From assembly GCA_964187785.1 (NCBI GenBank), contig OZ076416.1:59210001-59274000 (forward strand): a stretch of 64,000 nucleotides of DNA, written 5' to 3'. Position 1 is the first letter of the stretch; every line of letters starts with the position of its first letter. The translations under genes and the position numbers were made by a program. This document shows, piece after piece, positions 11,631 through 24,100 of the stretch. The notes under the pieces were generated by a model, which saw only the letters and a program-made list of their open reading frames with translations, made no database searches and was not told the origin of the DNA. The stretch comes from Amphiscolops sp. MND2022 (taxonomy: Eukaryota).

Positions 11631-14340
11631 GTGGGAGAGGTGTGAATGAGATGGGAGGCAGTTTTATTGCAGTGTGGTGCAGTCTACCATTGTGTGTGAT
11701 TCAACTAATCCTCGTGTCCACTGTGTTCTGTCCCTTCTGGAACAACTGCCCCGTCAAAAACCCCAAGAGGACCAAACGGGCTAAACACCCCCAGGTTGTC
11801 CCCCCCCCCAGAAAACATCAGAACATCGTTCATTGAGTGAGTGATAATCTTTTGCTAATACCTTACCAATTGAGTTAACGGGTTGAAATTACTATATAAC
11901 GAAATAACGGGTTCAAGAATACTATAGAAACAATTACAATAAAAATGAAGTGATTTTGAAATTAAGAGCTCTGAATTATCCGAACTTTTTGCTAATGGTA
12001 CAATTGCTTCCTTGCCAAGATCATGGTTACCCTTTGCACGATCTTGGATGGTCATGGAATCTTTGCAAAGATCATGACAAGATCTTGGCAAGGCTTGCTT
12101 GTAACTTGCCATGGATCATTGCAAGGGTCACATGGCTTCGAACACTGGGGAAGCAATTGTAAATACACAACCCAAACTCAACAGATGCACCAGAAATTTG
12201 TTTGATTTTAGAAATTTTACCACCAGAAATTTTACTTTACTAAAAACCAGAAGATATGTTACTGGGGTATGGTGAATATACCATTTTGCATTTTTTCTAT
12301 TTTTGATTTTTTAATGAAAAAATCACTTTTTTCGACTTTTTAAAAACTTCAAATACGTTTCAAACCACTGGTAAACAAAACAATTGGAAACCTTTGTTTC
12401 TTCTATAAAATTCTTTCTATAAAATTTTGAAAACTTTGCTGAGAACGTAACACGCAGATACAGGAGAAAAAAAGTGTCACCCTTAGGGCATGCTAAAAGT
12501 CTGGTGCCTCACGGTTGCATGAGTTTCAGTTTTTAGCCAATTAGGTAGAAATTTACAAAACGGGCATTTTTTGTTTCGACATGAGTTGAAGCTTTGTCAA
12601 AGCATTGATAGGGAGTTTCGCTATGTTGGATAACCTGGAATACTTCGAGGACCCCCCAAAAATAGAAGAGGACACTACTTCCATGGAGGAGAAAAGGGCG
12701 GCTAAAATTGAAGTGAGAGACGACAGTCGAACCCAGAGGAATGCATGCTTACACATACATAACATTATCATAACATAGTCAGTCAATGGATTCAGTCTTT
12801 TGAGGAAGCGCCTTCTGTAGGAAGACACAACAACGATGATCTCGTCAGAAAGTCAATATATAAGTATAAGGTAAGTATACTTACCTTCGAAAGTGCCTCA
12901 AAGGAACCTCTAAGGGTTTTTCTTGTTTTTTGCAGGAACTTCACAGGAACATATTCATCCTTAGAAGAAGTCATACAGTTATGATAACGTAATAGGACGA
13001 AAAAACGTCAAATGTCCAAACCTCAGCGAAAAACGTCAACCTAAGTACAAACATGAGAACGCAATCATGTTTTCGAGGCGTTTCCAGCGTAGGTTGGAAA
13101 GTTCCCGGGGGAACAAAAACGGCCATCACTGTCTAGCCTGATAACAAAGTACAAGTTTGCTCGTTTAATAGAAAACATATTCAACTTGAGCACAAGCGGA
13201 TACTGTTGCGCTGTTTTTGATATCTCACACACTGCATCTTTCATTTATTGCAGTGGTATGTTTGCTTTAAAAATTTTTGAACAATAAATGCGTTGAACAA
13301 ACTACTTAAATAGTGAAATGATGAACCTGAAATACCAACGAGAGGCGCAGTGGCACGACGATGTTTTTCATATACTCTTTCATCAGGACATTTCTAAGAG
13401 GGGAAACAAATGTGTTTTAGAAAAAAAATAGATTAAAAAATTGCACAGTGTTAAAATTACCCAGAAGTATGACCTTTTTCAAAGCTGCAAACAAGTCGCA
13501 CAGAGCCGAAAAAGGTTTGTATTTTCCACAATCATTGAGAAAGTGCTCATAAGTCCCGCAGCGGTCATCCGCGACCAAAGAGATCGCCTTTAGGACTCGG
13601 AAAAACGGTTTTCCTTTTACTTCACCAAAGGGTACTCTCGTTGGAGGTTTTAAAAGTCGGAAAAAATATTCGACTACTTATGCACTTGCACCTTTTTTCT
13701 ATTTCTCCAGACCTTTCAATGAAAAGTTCAAAATTCTCAGAAACTGTCCGAACGAAGTTCAAAAAATTCAGCAGTCATTCTACACCCAAAGGTGCTCCTG
13801 CGTGAGCAAAAACATCAAAGTGTTGTGACTGGGATCTGAGAAAATTTAGTCCAAAGTTTAGACCAAAATTAGTCCAAAAATGAAAAAAACTTAAAAACTG
13901 TCCATACTATTAGAACGTACTTTTTAAAAAGCATTCTAACTTTTATTGAAACCCTATTTGCGCAATGATCTAAAAACGTATGATTGGGATCTGACAAAAA
14001 TTGCCGAAATTAGTTCAAAATGACCAAAAGACAATAAAATACGTGAATTTTATCTCAATATTTCAGTCCGTTTCCGACTCTTTTGCCGCACATGCGGCTC
14101 CTGTTGATGTTTCTAGTTTGAAGAAAGCGTTATAACAGCCTAAAAGGTTGGTCGTTGGTCCTCCCTCTGAGTTTTTCGGCACTGTGCTGCTATTTCGGTT
14201 TTGTTCACTTGACAAGTTTGGGATTGTTCATTTTTTTTAGTTGTGAGATCTCTCGAGATTTACGAGTGCCCCTTTGAATGTTTTTCTGAGACTCATCAGC
14301 CTTGTCCCTGGGCATATACAAAAGACATTTTTCGAGGCTT

Positions 14341-15340
14341 CCCAGGTTGACCCTATATGGATATTTTAGTAAGATCTTGCCAAGATCTTAGAACAATCTT
14401 GGCTAAGTTCTTGTCAAGATCTTGCCATGGTACTTATGTTGCCATGGTAAGATCTTATCAAGAGAGCCATGTTCCCAAGAAAAATTTTATTGTAAAATCC
14501 TATTTGACCAGAAACAAAATCTGAAAGGAAGTCAACAAAAATCAACATCTATGCAGATTTACATTGTTAGACATGACAATTTTTTGTTCGCAAGGTACAA
14601 AATTTGATTGCAGAGTCCTGATGATGTTCAGGTTAAATCAGGCACTGATTAAATTGTTCTTTCAATTGCAAAAGTGTCGCCAATAACGGCGTCAGAGAAA
14701 CCTCGAGCTGAATCATTACCCAAACTGGGACTATGATCGCCGTTTCTAACAGTAATAAGGCTGCTGAAACAGGCTCAAAGAAAGCCGAAGATATGATTTC
14801 ACAAAAATTTCTGGATTTTTAGTTCTTTCCTGTGTAACTTTCCGATAGTGTCTCTGGACGTTTGGGAGCATTTTTCTCCGTCTCTGGAATCAACAGGAGT
14901 GATAAATTAAAAGTTTTGAAAAGCCCTTGAAATTACCTTTCATTTGGTACAATCGGCATTTTTCAGTCTTAAGCAGGTAAGGAGTTATTAGGATTCTGGT
15001 CAGAATTTCGGAAGCCGTTATCGTAATTTTTCGCGCAATTTTGCATGCAAAATTATTTCAGCACGTTGGAGCATTTTGATTATGAAAACGAGTAAAAATA
15101 GTCGTTGTTGGGTGAAATGATCCTTCAGATTGAGTCTCAGCTGCTTGTACTGAAGGTATAGTGGTTTTTATAATCTTAGAATTTTGTCCATCGTGATAAG
15201 ATACGATCTTGGAATAATGTATTATCTTAGTAAAATCTTAGTAAGAATCTTGCCATGGGATCCATGGTTGCAAGATGTAGTAAGAATTCGGCAAAATCTT
15301 GCCAAAACAGCCAAGATGCTAGTAAGAGGGTCAACCCGGG
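14341..15340. mobile_element. Non-autonomous CCC-terminal DNA transposon (EnSpm/CMC-like), TT 2-bp TSD
   Basis: TIRs are CCCAGGTTGACCCT / AGGGTCAACCCGGG, with TT on both flanks. Subterminal CAAGATCTT(G) repeats occur at both ends. Confidence 0.8.
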
Positions 15341-15627
15341 TTCATTCAGGTGCTGACTAGAGCCATTTATAACTTGGTAAGGTAAAATTGTATGCGTGTT
15401 CAGATATTTTTTCTACAATTTATGGAGACACATCACAGAAAAAATTCCAGATTCCGAGCATTTTGAAGTTTTCGTTAGCAAAAAAAACGTGGACAATCAA
15501 GTGAATTTTTTTGGCTTAAGTTTGCTTTTAAAGAAGCCGACGCTGACGCATGCTTGAAATAAAACCAATCAACCAAAATTTTGAGTTCATTCAAATTTTT
15601 TTAAGGACCAAGCGAGTGAGCAACAAG

Positions 15628-15925
15628 CATGAATGTACATGGATGTACATAAATATACATGAATTTACATGGATGTACATGTATGTACATTATAGTGCAT
15701 GGATGTGTGTGGATGTACATGGATGTACATGACTGTAAATGACTGTACATGGATGTACATGACTGTACATGGCTATACATGAATGCACATTGATGTACAT
15801 GACTGTACATGGCTGTACATGAATGTACATTGATGTACATGAATGTACATGACTGTACATGAATGTACATTGATGTACATGAATGTTTTTCGGTGTACAC
15901 GGCTGTACATGAATGTACATGAATG
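15628..15925. repeat. 10-bp minisatellite, (G)A(A/C)TGTACAT / GGATGTACAT units
   Basis: About 30 degenerate units with a palindromic TGTACA core. Confidence 0.95.
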
Positions 15926-17049
15926 CATGTGATTGCTGCATTGAAATGTATGTGTGAGCATGCATGACTCCCACAGGAGCGTGACTGCTAGTGAGCAGAC
16001 GACAGCAGACATCGTGTTGAACGTGGATGTGATCAGTGATGGCCCCAGTAGGACCAAGAGTGCTTACAACAGCCACCATTCACACTCCATCACTTCCAAG
16101 GACACTGTCAACTCGAAGCCCCCGGGCGCACGAAACAACTCATCCGCGAATCCCCCCACAAACGAGACAATTCACACCTGAAAAGGCTCTCTATACTAAT
16201 TTATTGCACTCATTTGTTCCTACCTTCTCAATTCAATTGTATATATACTGGTGCATATAAGTTTCTGTCGCATGTTTTCCAAAAACTACTCTTGTAGCTT
16301 AAGCCTAGCACAAGACGCTACCGCGCTAATGGCGACCGGGAAAACCTGAAGCATTAAAACTGTCTAGGACATTCTCTAGACACTGGTAAATGGAGACAGA
16401 TACCAAACTAAGGATCCGAACAACTATAAACATCGAACAAAAAGTGTCTGAGAAAAGAAACGATAAAAAAACACCACGAATGTTTTTTTGAAAGACGTTC
16501 ATCATTGCGACACCCGGTTTCCAATTGAGCAAATTGAGCTCACCACGCGATTGCGACTACCTATGCAAACGTACTTGTGTGCATTTTCATCAAAATCGTA
16601 TGTGTGGGATTCGAGCGAGTTGAAAAGAAAAAGTCCTAATCCGACTCCTTTCACGCATATGCAGCTCTGGTTTCAGTTGAACAACACAGATTGAAGCCTG
16701 CACGACCTTCAAAATTCCAGGTCGATATAGAAGCTTTTATCCGTCTTTTTCATGCGCGGAACTTGCAGATTCTTTTGGGAAGAAAACATACTTCGTTCAA
16801 CAGAACCTGAATCTTTCCAGATATACACTACATAGTGATTTTTTGAGATGAAACTTCTTACAAGCCCGTTTGATCGAGTTGCAAAGTAGTTCCCAGACCT
16901 TTGCAAAACTAAATTTGATCTCTTAAATCCTAATTTATTACAAAACAGAATTTAGTCAACTATATATCGTCTTCGATGTACCTCATCGTGTATAGATGGT
17001 TTTGTCCCCTGTATACTATTTCAGTTCCTACCTTGGCTGTTTCTTTTTG

Positions 17050-18130
17050 ACACGTGTTTCGGGTGGTTACATTTCCACTTTTCATCATACTTGGCTTTTT
17101 TCTTATTGGGCGTTGGCATCGTTAGTTTGCATGCTGTTATCTGCCAACATGGTTATACTTCAGCTAAGCATTCTTTGCCACCAATAACAAATAGTTGAAC
17201 AATTTGTCCGAAGTTCACATTCGATGATTATTCAAATCTCCTATGATATTTCTAACGTCGAGACAACCGCTCAATGACCTTCAATTACATGGTTTAAATG
17301 TTTCCTACGTGTGCGGGACACTCTTTTGTCCTTCTGGGTGCGGTTCACCGCAAAGCTTCTCGCCTAATTGAAATGCATAAAATATTACGCACATGACGCT
17401 GATTTCATGTTTTATACGTTTTTCTATATAATCAGGGGACGCCCCTAAGATGACTTTGAGGATGACCTGCGCCTTTGAAGCTTCGAAAGGGTGTCATCCA
17501 ACGTTGCGACATGCCAAGTTATATAGTTCTAGGATCAAAATCGTTCGAGTACATGAGATGCCTGGGGTTTGTTTACTCAAAGGGATTACCCCCAGATGGG
17601 TTACTAATACAATTTCCTTCCCATTAACAATCGACTACAACCATAATCGCAGTTCGTTCGAGGTATCACAAGCCAAGGTCAATTGTTTCTTATCTGTCGG
17701 GCCCGCGCGTTTGGTCAGCGTACTTTAAACAAACAATATCGAGCGCGCAATGAACCAATTATTGTAATTTCCATGTATTTTACTTAGGATTGGTCGGTGA
17801 GTATTTTGGACAAGCGTCATCATCCTTGGGTCATCTGGTGACGATTTACATAATATACGAAGTTTGTCTGCCTAGGGTCAATGCTCCCCCTATGCGTGTC
17901 TCGGAATTCCACGAGTTATTCTTCGGGCTATCAGTTCCTTGTATAATTTGTCTTATTCGGCGCACCGCCGGCGCACCCGAAGGGTGGTCGACCTACGTCA
18001 CATCCGGTGCTATTCGCTCGGGATCTGGGGGAGATACGTGGTCAAATGTCTTGAGTCAAAAGTTGAGGTTTCACCTCTAGTATATGCATGCCAAAGTTCA
18101 GTACAAGCGGAAGAAAGCTTCTCAGAAACC
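17050..18130 (+). pseudogene. Decayed protein-coding sequence of unknown family, copy 1
   Basis: Colinear with the reverse complement of 46900-48040. Shared peptides include LLxVGIxSLH, YTSAKHxLPP, SMTFNYMV, AKLYSxR, CLLKxxTPxW and APxGWSTxxTSxxIRSG, with third-position substitutions. Confidence 0.6.
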
Positions 18131-19765
18131 GGGAGAGGGTGGTGGGCTGGTGTTTTTTAGCACACGTCCCGTTTTCGTGCGAAAAGGAAACCTAAAAAAT
18201 TGCTTTAAAAAATCAACCATGTCTAAGCCGATTCGAACAATTACATAGCTGACGTCAATTCTAATTTTTATTTAAGTGGTTAGAAGCATCGTCTACTGAG
18301 AAACACATAACATTGCAAAATGGCCCTAACAAAACACCCTATGGTCAGCTTTTTCAGCTGCTTTTTCTGATCCGACAATTTAGAAACTTGATAGGTTTCG
18401 TTCTGTCTATAGTCTTGTTTCCGTAAAAAACAAGGGGATTTTCACAAAACGGCCAAATTTTCAAAAATTCCACTTTGAATATGTGATCTGCAATTTCGAC
18501 TACTGAATACACTTCTCCAGTCAAATCGAGCTTCTTTAAAGTACCTGAAGAAATGAAAATTTCTAGTTCTGAATATTTAGTTGTATTTTAACTAATCAGT
18601 TTTTTTAATAGAAGCAAAACATTCAAAAGGAGCATGTAAGAAATGGTTTTATTTCGGAGTAATTTGATATTAGTACTTGAGCCAACCGATTTTTGCGAAG
18701 CAAAGTTTCAAGTGGTGCACTATGAATCTAGTTTTCAGATTTTGCTGAATTTGGGATCAGTTCTAAGTAGGTATTGCATAAAAGAACAAGACGGGATCGT
18801 CTCAAGTCGGCGCCATATCTAAGGCTCAAAAATATTCAAGGAACAACTATTGGCAACATTTGCAAAAAATTAATCTCATTACGATACATATGCCGCAAAA
18901 GTGGAATTTATCATCAAGTGTAAAGTGTATTTTCTGTAAAACGAGAGCGAAGCGTATTCTAGGCAAAAAGTGCATCGTGTTCATTGCGAATTGTGATGCA
19001 CAGTGTAATCAGAAAATGCGGATTGTTGTCAGTGAGCGTAATTAGAGAGAAGTGGAAACCAGTAAAGAATTTTGGTATACACCGTGAGTAAGAATGACTC
19101 TAAACGATGCTTCCATTCGTGTGTGAAGTGGAAACCAGTCAAAGTACGTAATTGTGGAGAGTGTAAAGTAGTCATTTACTGCATTTTGATCACTACGCGT
19201 AACGCCAAATCACACAGTGTAACGGGCAAAACACGTAACGCGTATTTGAAATAACGCGTTTTTATTGGTTGTTAATCGATCTAACAAGATCTTGCTAGTT
19301 CGTTGCGGCATATGTATCGTAATTTTTTTTTCAAAAATATTGTTTTTGAAAATTTTTTTTGAAAAAAGAATTTTTTTAAGTCGCACAATGCCGAAAAACT
19401 CAAAAAGAGGCCTTTCAGGCTCATTAAACGTTTTTACAAACCGAAAACTTCAAAAAAATGCAAGTGGTACCCTCTGATAGAATCCGAAAATTTTCGAAAA
19501 AAAGTCGCATAGTGCCGAAAAAAAACCAAACAAAAAAACAAACGAAAAAAAACCGTTGGTTTCGCATCTACTTTTGGAAGCATAAAAAATTTGTGGTTTA
19601 GTGCGAGAATCGAACCCACGATCTCCTGCTTCTCAGAAAATTAGTTGAACAAATGAACAAAGATTGTAAGAAAAGTGGACCATTCAGAGTAAGATTGTCA
19701 ACTGAAAGAGAAAAACAACTACCCACTGTAACAATTGGGCTTTTTTCCTTAAGGGGCAAAGGCGC

Positions 19766-20176
19766 TGTTGTGACTCAACATTTTGATCGATGAATTTCGA
19801 CGTGAAATTTTTTGAATAGTTTTTGATTGTTGTTTAATTCGTATTGCTCATAGCAAGTTCTCCTGAATGGAAAGATTCAAAAATTAATCTTTGCGTTTTG
19901 CAAGATATAGAAACGAAACTCAAGAAAAGAAAAGAGAAAGAGGAAACCAATTCCTCAGGTAAATATATTTTGAAATTGTCCCCTCTTTGTTACCCCTCCT
20001 CTTTTCTGATTTTTCTTATATAATAAAAATATTTTATATAATATCAGTTATTTTACTGGTCTCAACCTTTTACTAATCTTAGTCAGTGTTTCCGGGCATT
20101 TCCTGACCATTCATTTTATGGCCACTGTCCTCACGACTGCTATCACGAATTCACCCATTATGCGAGGTCAGTAACA
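19766..20176 (+). repeat. 5' LTR of element B (411 bp)
   Basis: TGTTGTGACTCAAC...GGTCAGTAACA. About 13 differences from the 3' LTR by eye (~3%). Confidence 0.95.
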
Positions 20177-20182
20177 TAATTT

Positions 20183-20196
20183 TGGCGCCCAACGTG
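20183..20196 (+). promoter_or_regulatory. Primer-binding site complementary to tRNA-Lys(CUU)
   Basis: TGGCGCCCAACGTG lies 6 nt after the LTR and matches the first 14 nt of the known Lys1,2 PBS TGGCGCCCAACGTGGGGC. Confidence 0.8.
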
Positions 20197-20435
20197 TAAA
20201 GTCGATCCCATTCTTCGTGTCTGTTACCACGTTGGTTGCAATTCGTTTCGTCTCTGGGATTCTTCTTTCTAGTTGTTCCAATCTTCGTTACGTCTCCTGT
20301 TCATCCATCGCTTTTGTTTTATTTGATATATTCGAACAACTGTGAGGAGTATAAACTTTTGTTTCACCTACATTTTTTATCGTTTCGTTATGTTTTGCAT
20401 TTGTTACGTTATTATCATCTTTTACGTCTTTCATT

Positions 20436-21019
20436 ATGTTTATCATCGGAGCCAGCTGTCTCGATAATATCCTAAAGTCAACGTCCATCCCTCATTCCTT
20501 CCGTTAGTCACTCTCCAAAAGATCCTTTGCAATACGAGGACTCAGTTTCAACACTTCTGCGAATTATCGTTTCAAAGTTTTGCAAAATCTTCTTCGTCGT
20601 GGCCCACTCGCACGCAAACAAAACATAGTCATTTGGCACGACGTCATTAGTAACAGTCTCTCGAAGCATCAGAGCAACAATTACACATCCCTGTCACCTG
20701 AAGAGTTGATTCAACTGCTCTTTGAATTCCGAAATCGCATCCGCGCCATTGTTTACGTTCAACGGAGTGGAAGTCCAAACATCCTGAAAGAAGTTTTTCA
20801 TCTGGAATCCTCATTTTAGACGCTCAAAATAAATTGTTGTCTCAACGAAAACGAAGGACTCCTTCTGTCATCCGTGCGTTGAGTAGTGTTCACCCTTCGC
20901 TTGCCTTGGATTCCCATTTACTTCGCATTGTAGTCAAGCATCAACAAAACCTTGTTTTTCTCCTGAAGAAACAGCGCAAAAACAAGCGAGACAGGCTGTC
21001 CTCCCAGGCTCATCAATAA
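20436..21019 (+). pseudogene. Accessory ORF between PBS and gag of element B; SGNH/GDSL-hydrolase-like, TAG at 20505 and a frameshift near 20800
   Basis: ATG at 20436 gives MFIIGASCL...AIRGLSFN..., in the same frame as track ORF 20580..20819 (IVIWHDVISNS). It continues after a frameshift into the frame of 20834..21019 (ALSSVHPS, basic tail). Confidence 0.75.
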
Positions 21020-21167
21020 CATCTGTTGCTAACGATTTTTTGATCCTTGTGACACTCAAAGTGCGTTAACTCGCACGGGTCGATCAGGGTGACATTAATC
21101 GTTCGTAACATCTTTCCAGAAAAAGGAACATCTTTCGTTTCCATCGAAATTTTTCTGCTGCTTCGAA

Positions 21168-24100
21168 ATGCCTCCCAAAACTTATAATTTACGCAATCGT
21201 GAGCCGTCTAACGGTGACGATGCCCATGTTGACGTCTCGGCCGACACTCAAACTGTCGACTCTGAGCCTTCTGAAATCAACACTATCCACAGCCTCATTT
21301 TGTTACAGCAGGAAGAAGTTGCAAGTTTGTTTACTTTTGGCAATGATTTGCTGACTAACTACACAGATTTTGATGATATTAGTTCCGTTACGTCGGAATT
21401 AACAGTTGCTGAAGCTGAGCTTGTTCGATTGACGAAATCTTTAGCCCTTCAAATCTCAACCATAAACTTCGCACCTCATGCCAACAAATTGACATCTATC
21501 AAACTCGACATTCGTCGCTTCATGGTATCTGTGGCTAGAAGCAAAAGGTCCTCTTGTACTGGTAGTAACTCTAACGATCCTCCGGCGCCGGCCGCTGCAA
21601 CTTCTGACCTTCCTTCTTCATCGTCTTCGCATTATCCCCACGGAGACGACTCTACTGCTGTACCTCCATTAACCAATGCCGTTTCATTTTCATCAACCAC
21701 TTTTGAGCCCAATATGTCATTGTCAAACAATCTTCAAACTAATCCTTTCGGTATTACGCAATCGGTCGACACATCTACGCATGAAAATGCTATTGATCCA
21801 GCGTCCATCAGCACGACCAACGCCCTTCATGACAATACAGACACTGTGCCACCGCAACGTCGACTGACCTTGCCAAAAATTCAACCACCTGTTTTCCAGA
21901 GCAATCCCTTGACTTGGTTAGATTGGTTTGGTCTTTTTTCCGCTACCATCGACAGCGCTGCAATTTTGCAAGCGGAAAAGATCATCCACTTACAAACTCT
22001 TGTCTCTGGAGAACCAAAAGCATTAATTGCCGGTTATGGTTGTAATCCCGCGATGTACCAGTATGCACTATCTAGATTGAAGTCAACATACGGCAAACCT
22101 GATGGTATTGTGATGTCCTTTCTTCAACGTCTCCAAACATTCAGGCAACCATCAACTGATGATCCGAATTCCATCACGAACTATGCAAATTTCATCTCTT
22201 GTCTTGTCGATACCTTCACACAATTAAATTTTCTCCATGACATTCACTCCACCGTCAATCTTACCAGTGCACTTTCGAAACTGCCGGCCGATGTTTGGCT
22301 AAATTGGAATCGCCACGTGCTTTCGCAAAACATCAAAGACCCGTCGCTCAGAAATTTTGCTCCATGGCTTCAAAACTTTGCTACAGCTTGTCGTGACAGC
22401 TTTATTCCTTTCTCTGACACTAATCACAACGGACGTTCCTCCTCATCAACAAATGCGCGAGCTCAAGGCAACAATTCCAAAACGCCGTTCGTCAAACCGT
22501 CTTCTCAATCTAGTTTATGTCCGGAGAAGAAAAATTGTGTCTACTTGGGGAGCTGCGAGCATTTCAAAGCATTTTCTCCAATAAACCGCAAAAATTACGC
22601 TAAGAAGTACCATTTGTGCTTCAACTGTCTGAAGGGTCATAACTTCAATGATTGCAAGTCAACAAAAGTTTGTCAGCAACCTGGATGTATGAAAAAACAC
22701 CACACCTTGCTCCATATTGACAGACAAGGTCAAAATCAAATACAATCTTCCACAATGTTCACTTCGCGGCTGCTAAACCCCGGTCTCCGTCCAATTGTGC
22801 CTGTGACTGTTTCATCGTGTGGTAAAATTGCAGACGTGTTCGCCCTTCTAGACACAGGCAGCTCAGTGTCTTTGATCACCAAGAAAATTACTGAACATTT
22901 AGTCGGTCATTTACCAGAGTCTTCCCCTATTCTTCTTAGAAGCGTCAACACTACATCAACAGTTGCTGCTATATCACTCGACTTGACAATTGCTCCTTAC
23001 AATGCCGCAGCGGCAATGCCATTGCGCAATGTTTTGGCGGTGCCTACCTTGAACCTCCAAACTTTTGATTCAGCGCCCATCAAATCATTGTGCCAACAGT
23101 ACCCTCACCTGCAACACGTCTCATTTCCTTACCTGAAACAATCGACTGTCGATCTTCTCATCGGTTCGGATCAATTCGACCTCATTCATAGTCGTACTGT
23201 GATTCGAGGGCCGCCCAACACACCTTGTGCTATGTCGACAAAACTTGGTTGGACAGTTGCCGGTCGTTCGATACTTCCGACAACAGCTGCCACAAACGTT
23301 ACAAATCTTCGATCTCGACATGAAGCTCTCTTCCAGCAAGTTCAAGAGTGGATGCACATTGATTGCTCTGGCATCACGAGTAGCAAAAAAAGTCTGTCTG
23401 CTGAAGATCAGCAAGCTCTCTCCATCTTGAAGATAACTACCAAGTTTGTTGATGGACACTATGAAATTGGCCTCCTTTGGAAGAACCATGTCTCTCTGCC
23501 TAACAACAAATGGGTAGCTCAAAAACAGCTATCGTCACTTGAAATCAAGTTGGCACGAAAACCTCAACTAGGTTCTCTTTACGAAGCGTCCATTGCAACC
23601 GACATCGAGAAGGGATACGTCTGTTGTACCTGACTCCGAAGCGAATCGAGAAGACGCTTGGTATCTTCCACATCACCCTGTAACCAATGTAAATAAACCT
23701 GGTAAAATTCGAAGAGTAACCAGGGCATCATCAGTTTATCAAGGTACTTCGCTGAATTCTAGTCTTCTGAAAGGACCTGGCTTGTTGTGTAACCTTACTG
23801 GTTTGATTATGCGCTTTCGCGAAAAATGTGTTGCCTTATCCGCTGATATTGAAGCCATGTTCATGCAAGTTTCAGTACCCCCTTCAGAAAGACGCTTCTT
23901 ACGATATTTATGGCGTAACGAAGTTCATGAGTACAATCGCCATATTTTTGGTGCCACAGATTCACCCTGTGCAGCTTGCTACGCTGTTCGACAATGCGCC
24001 GAGGACAACAAAACTGCCTATCCTGACGCTCCAAATTTGGTCGCTCGTCACATCTACATGGAAGATCTCTATGTGTCGACTGATACCCTCGAAGAAGCAA

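Noticed and set aside
12450-12980. Possible transposase or host exon
   Set aside because: Short interrupted frames with no motif I can identify.
15601-16079. His/Met/Cys-rich ORFs on the minus strand
   Set aside because: They are a by-product of the 10-bp minisatellite; all three frames give similar repeats.
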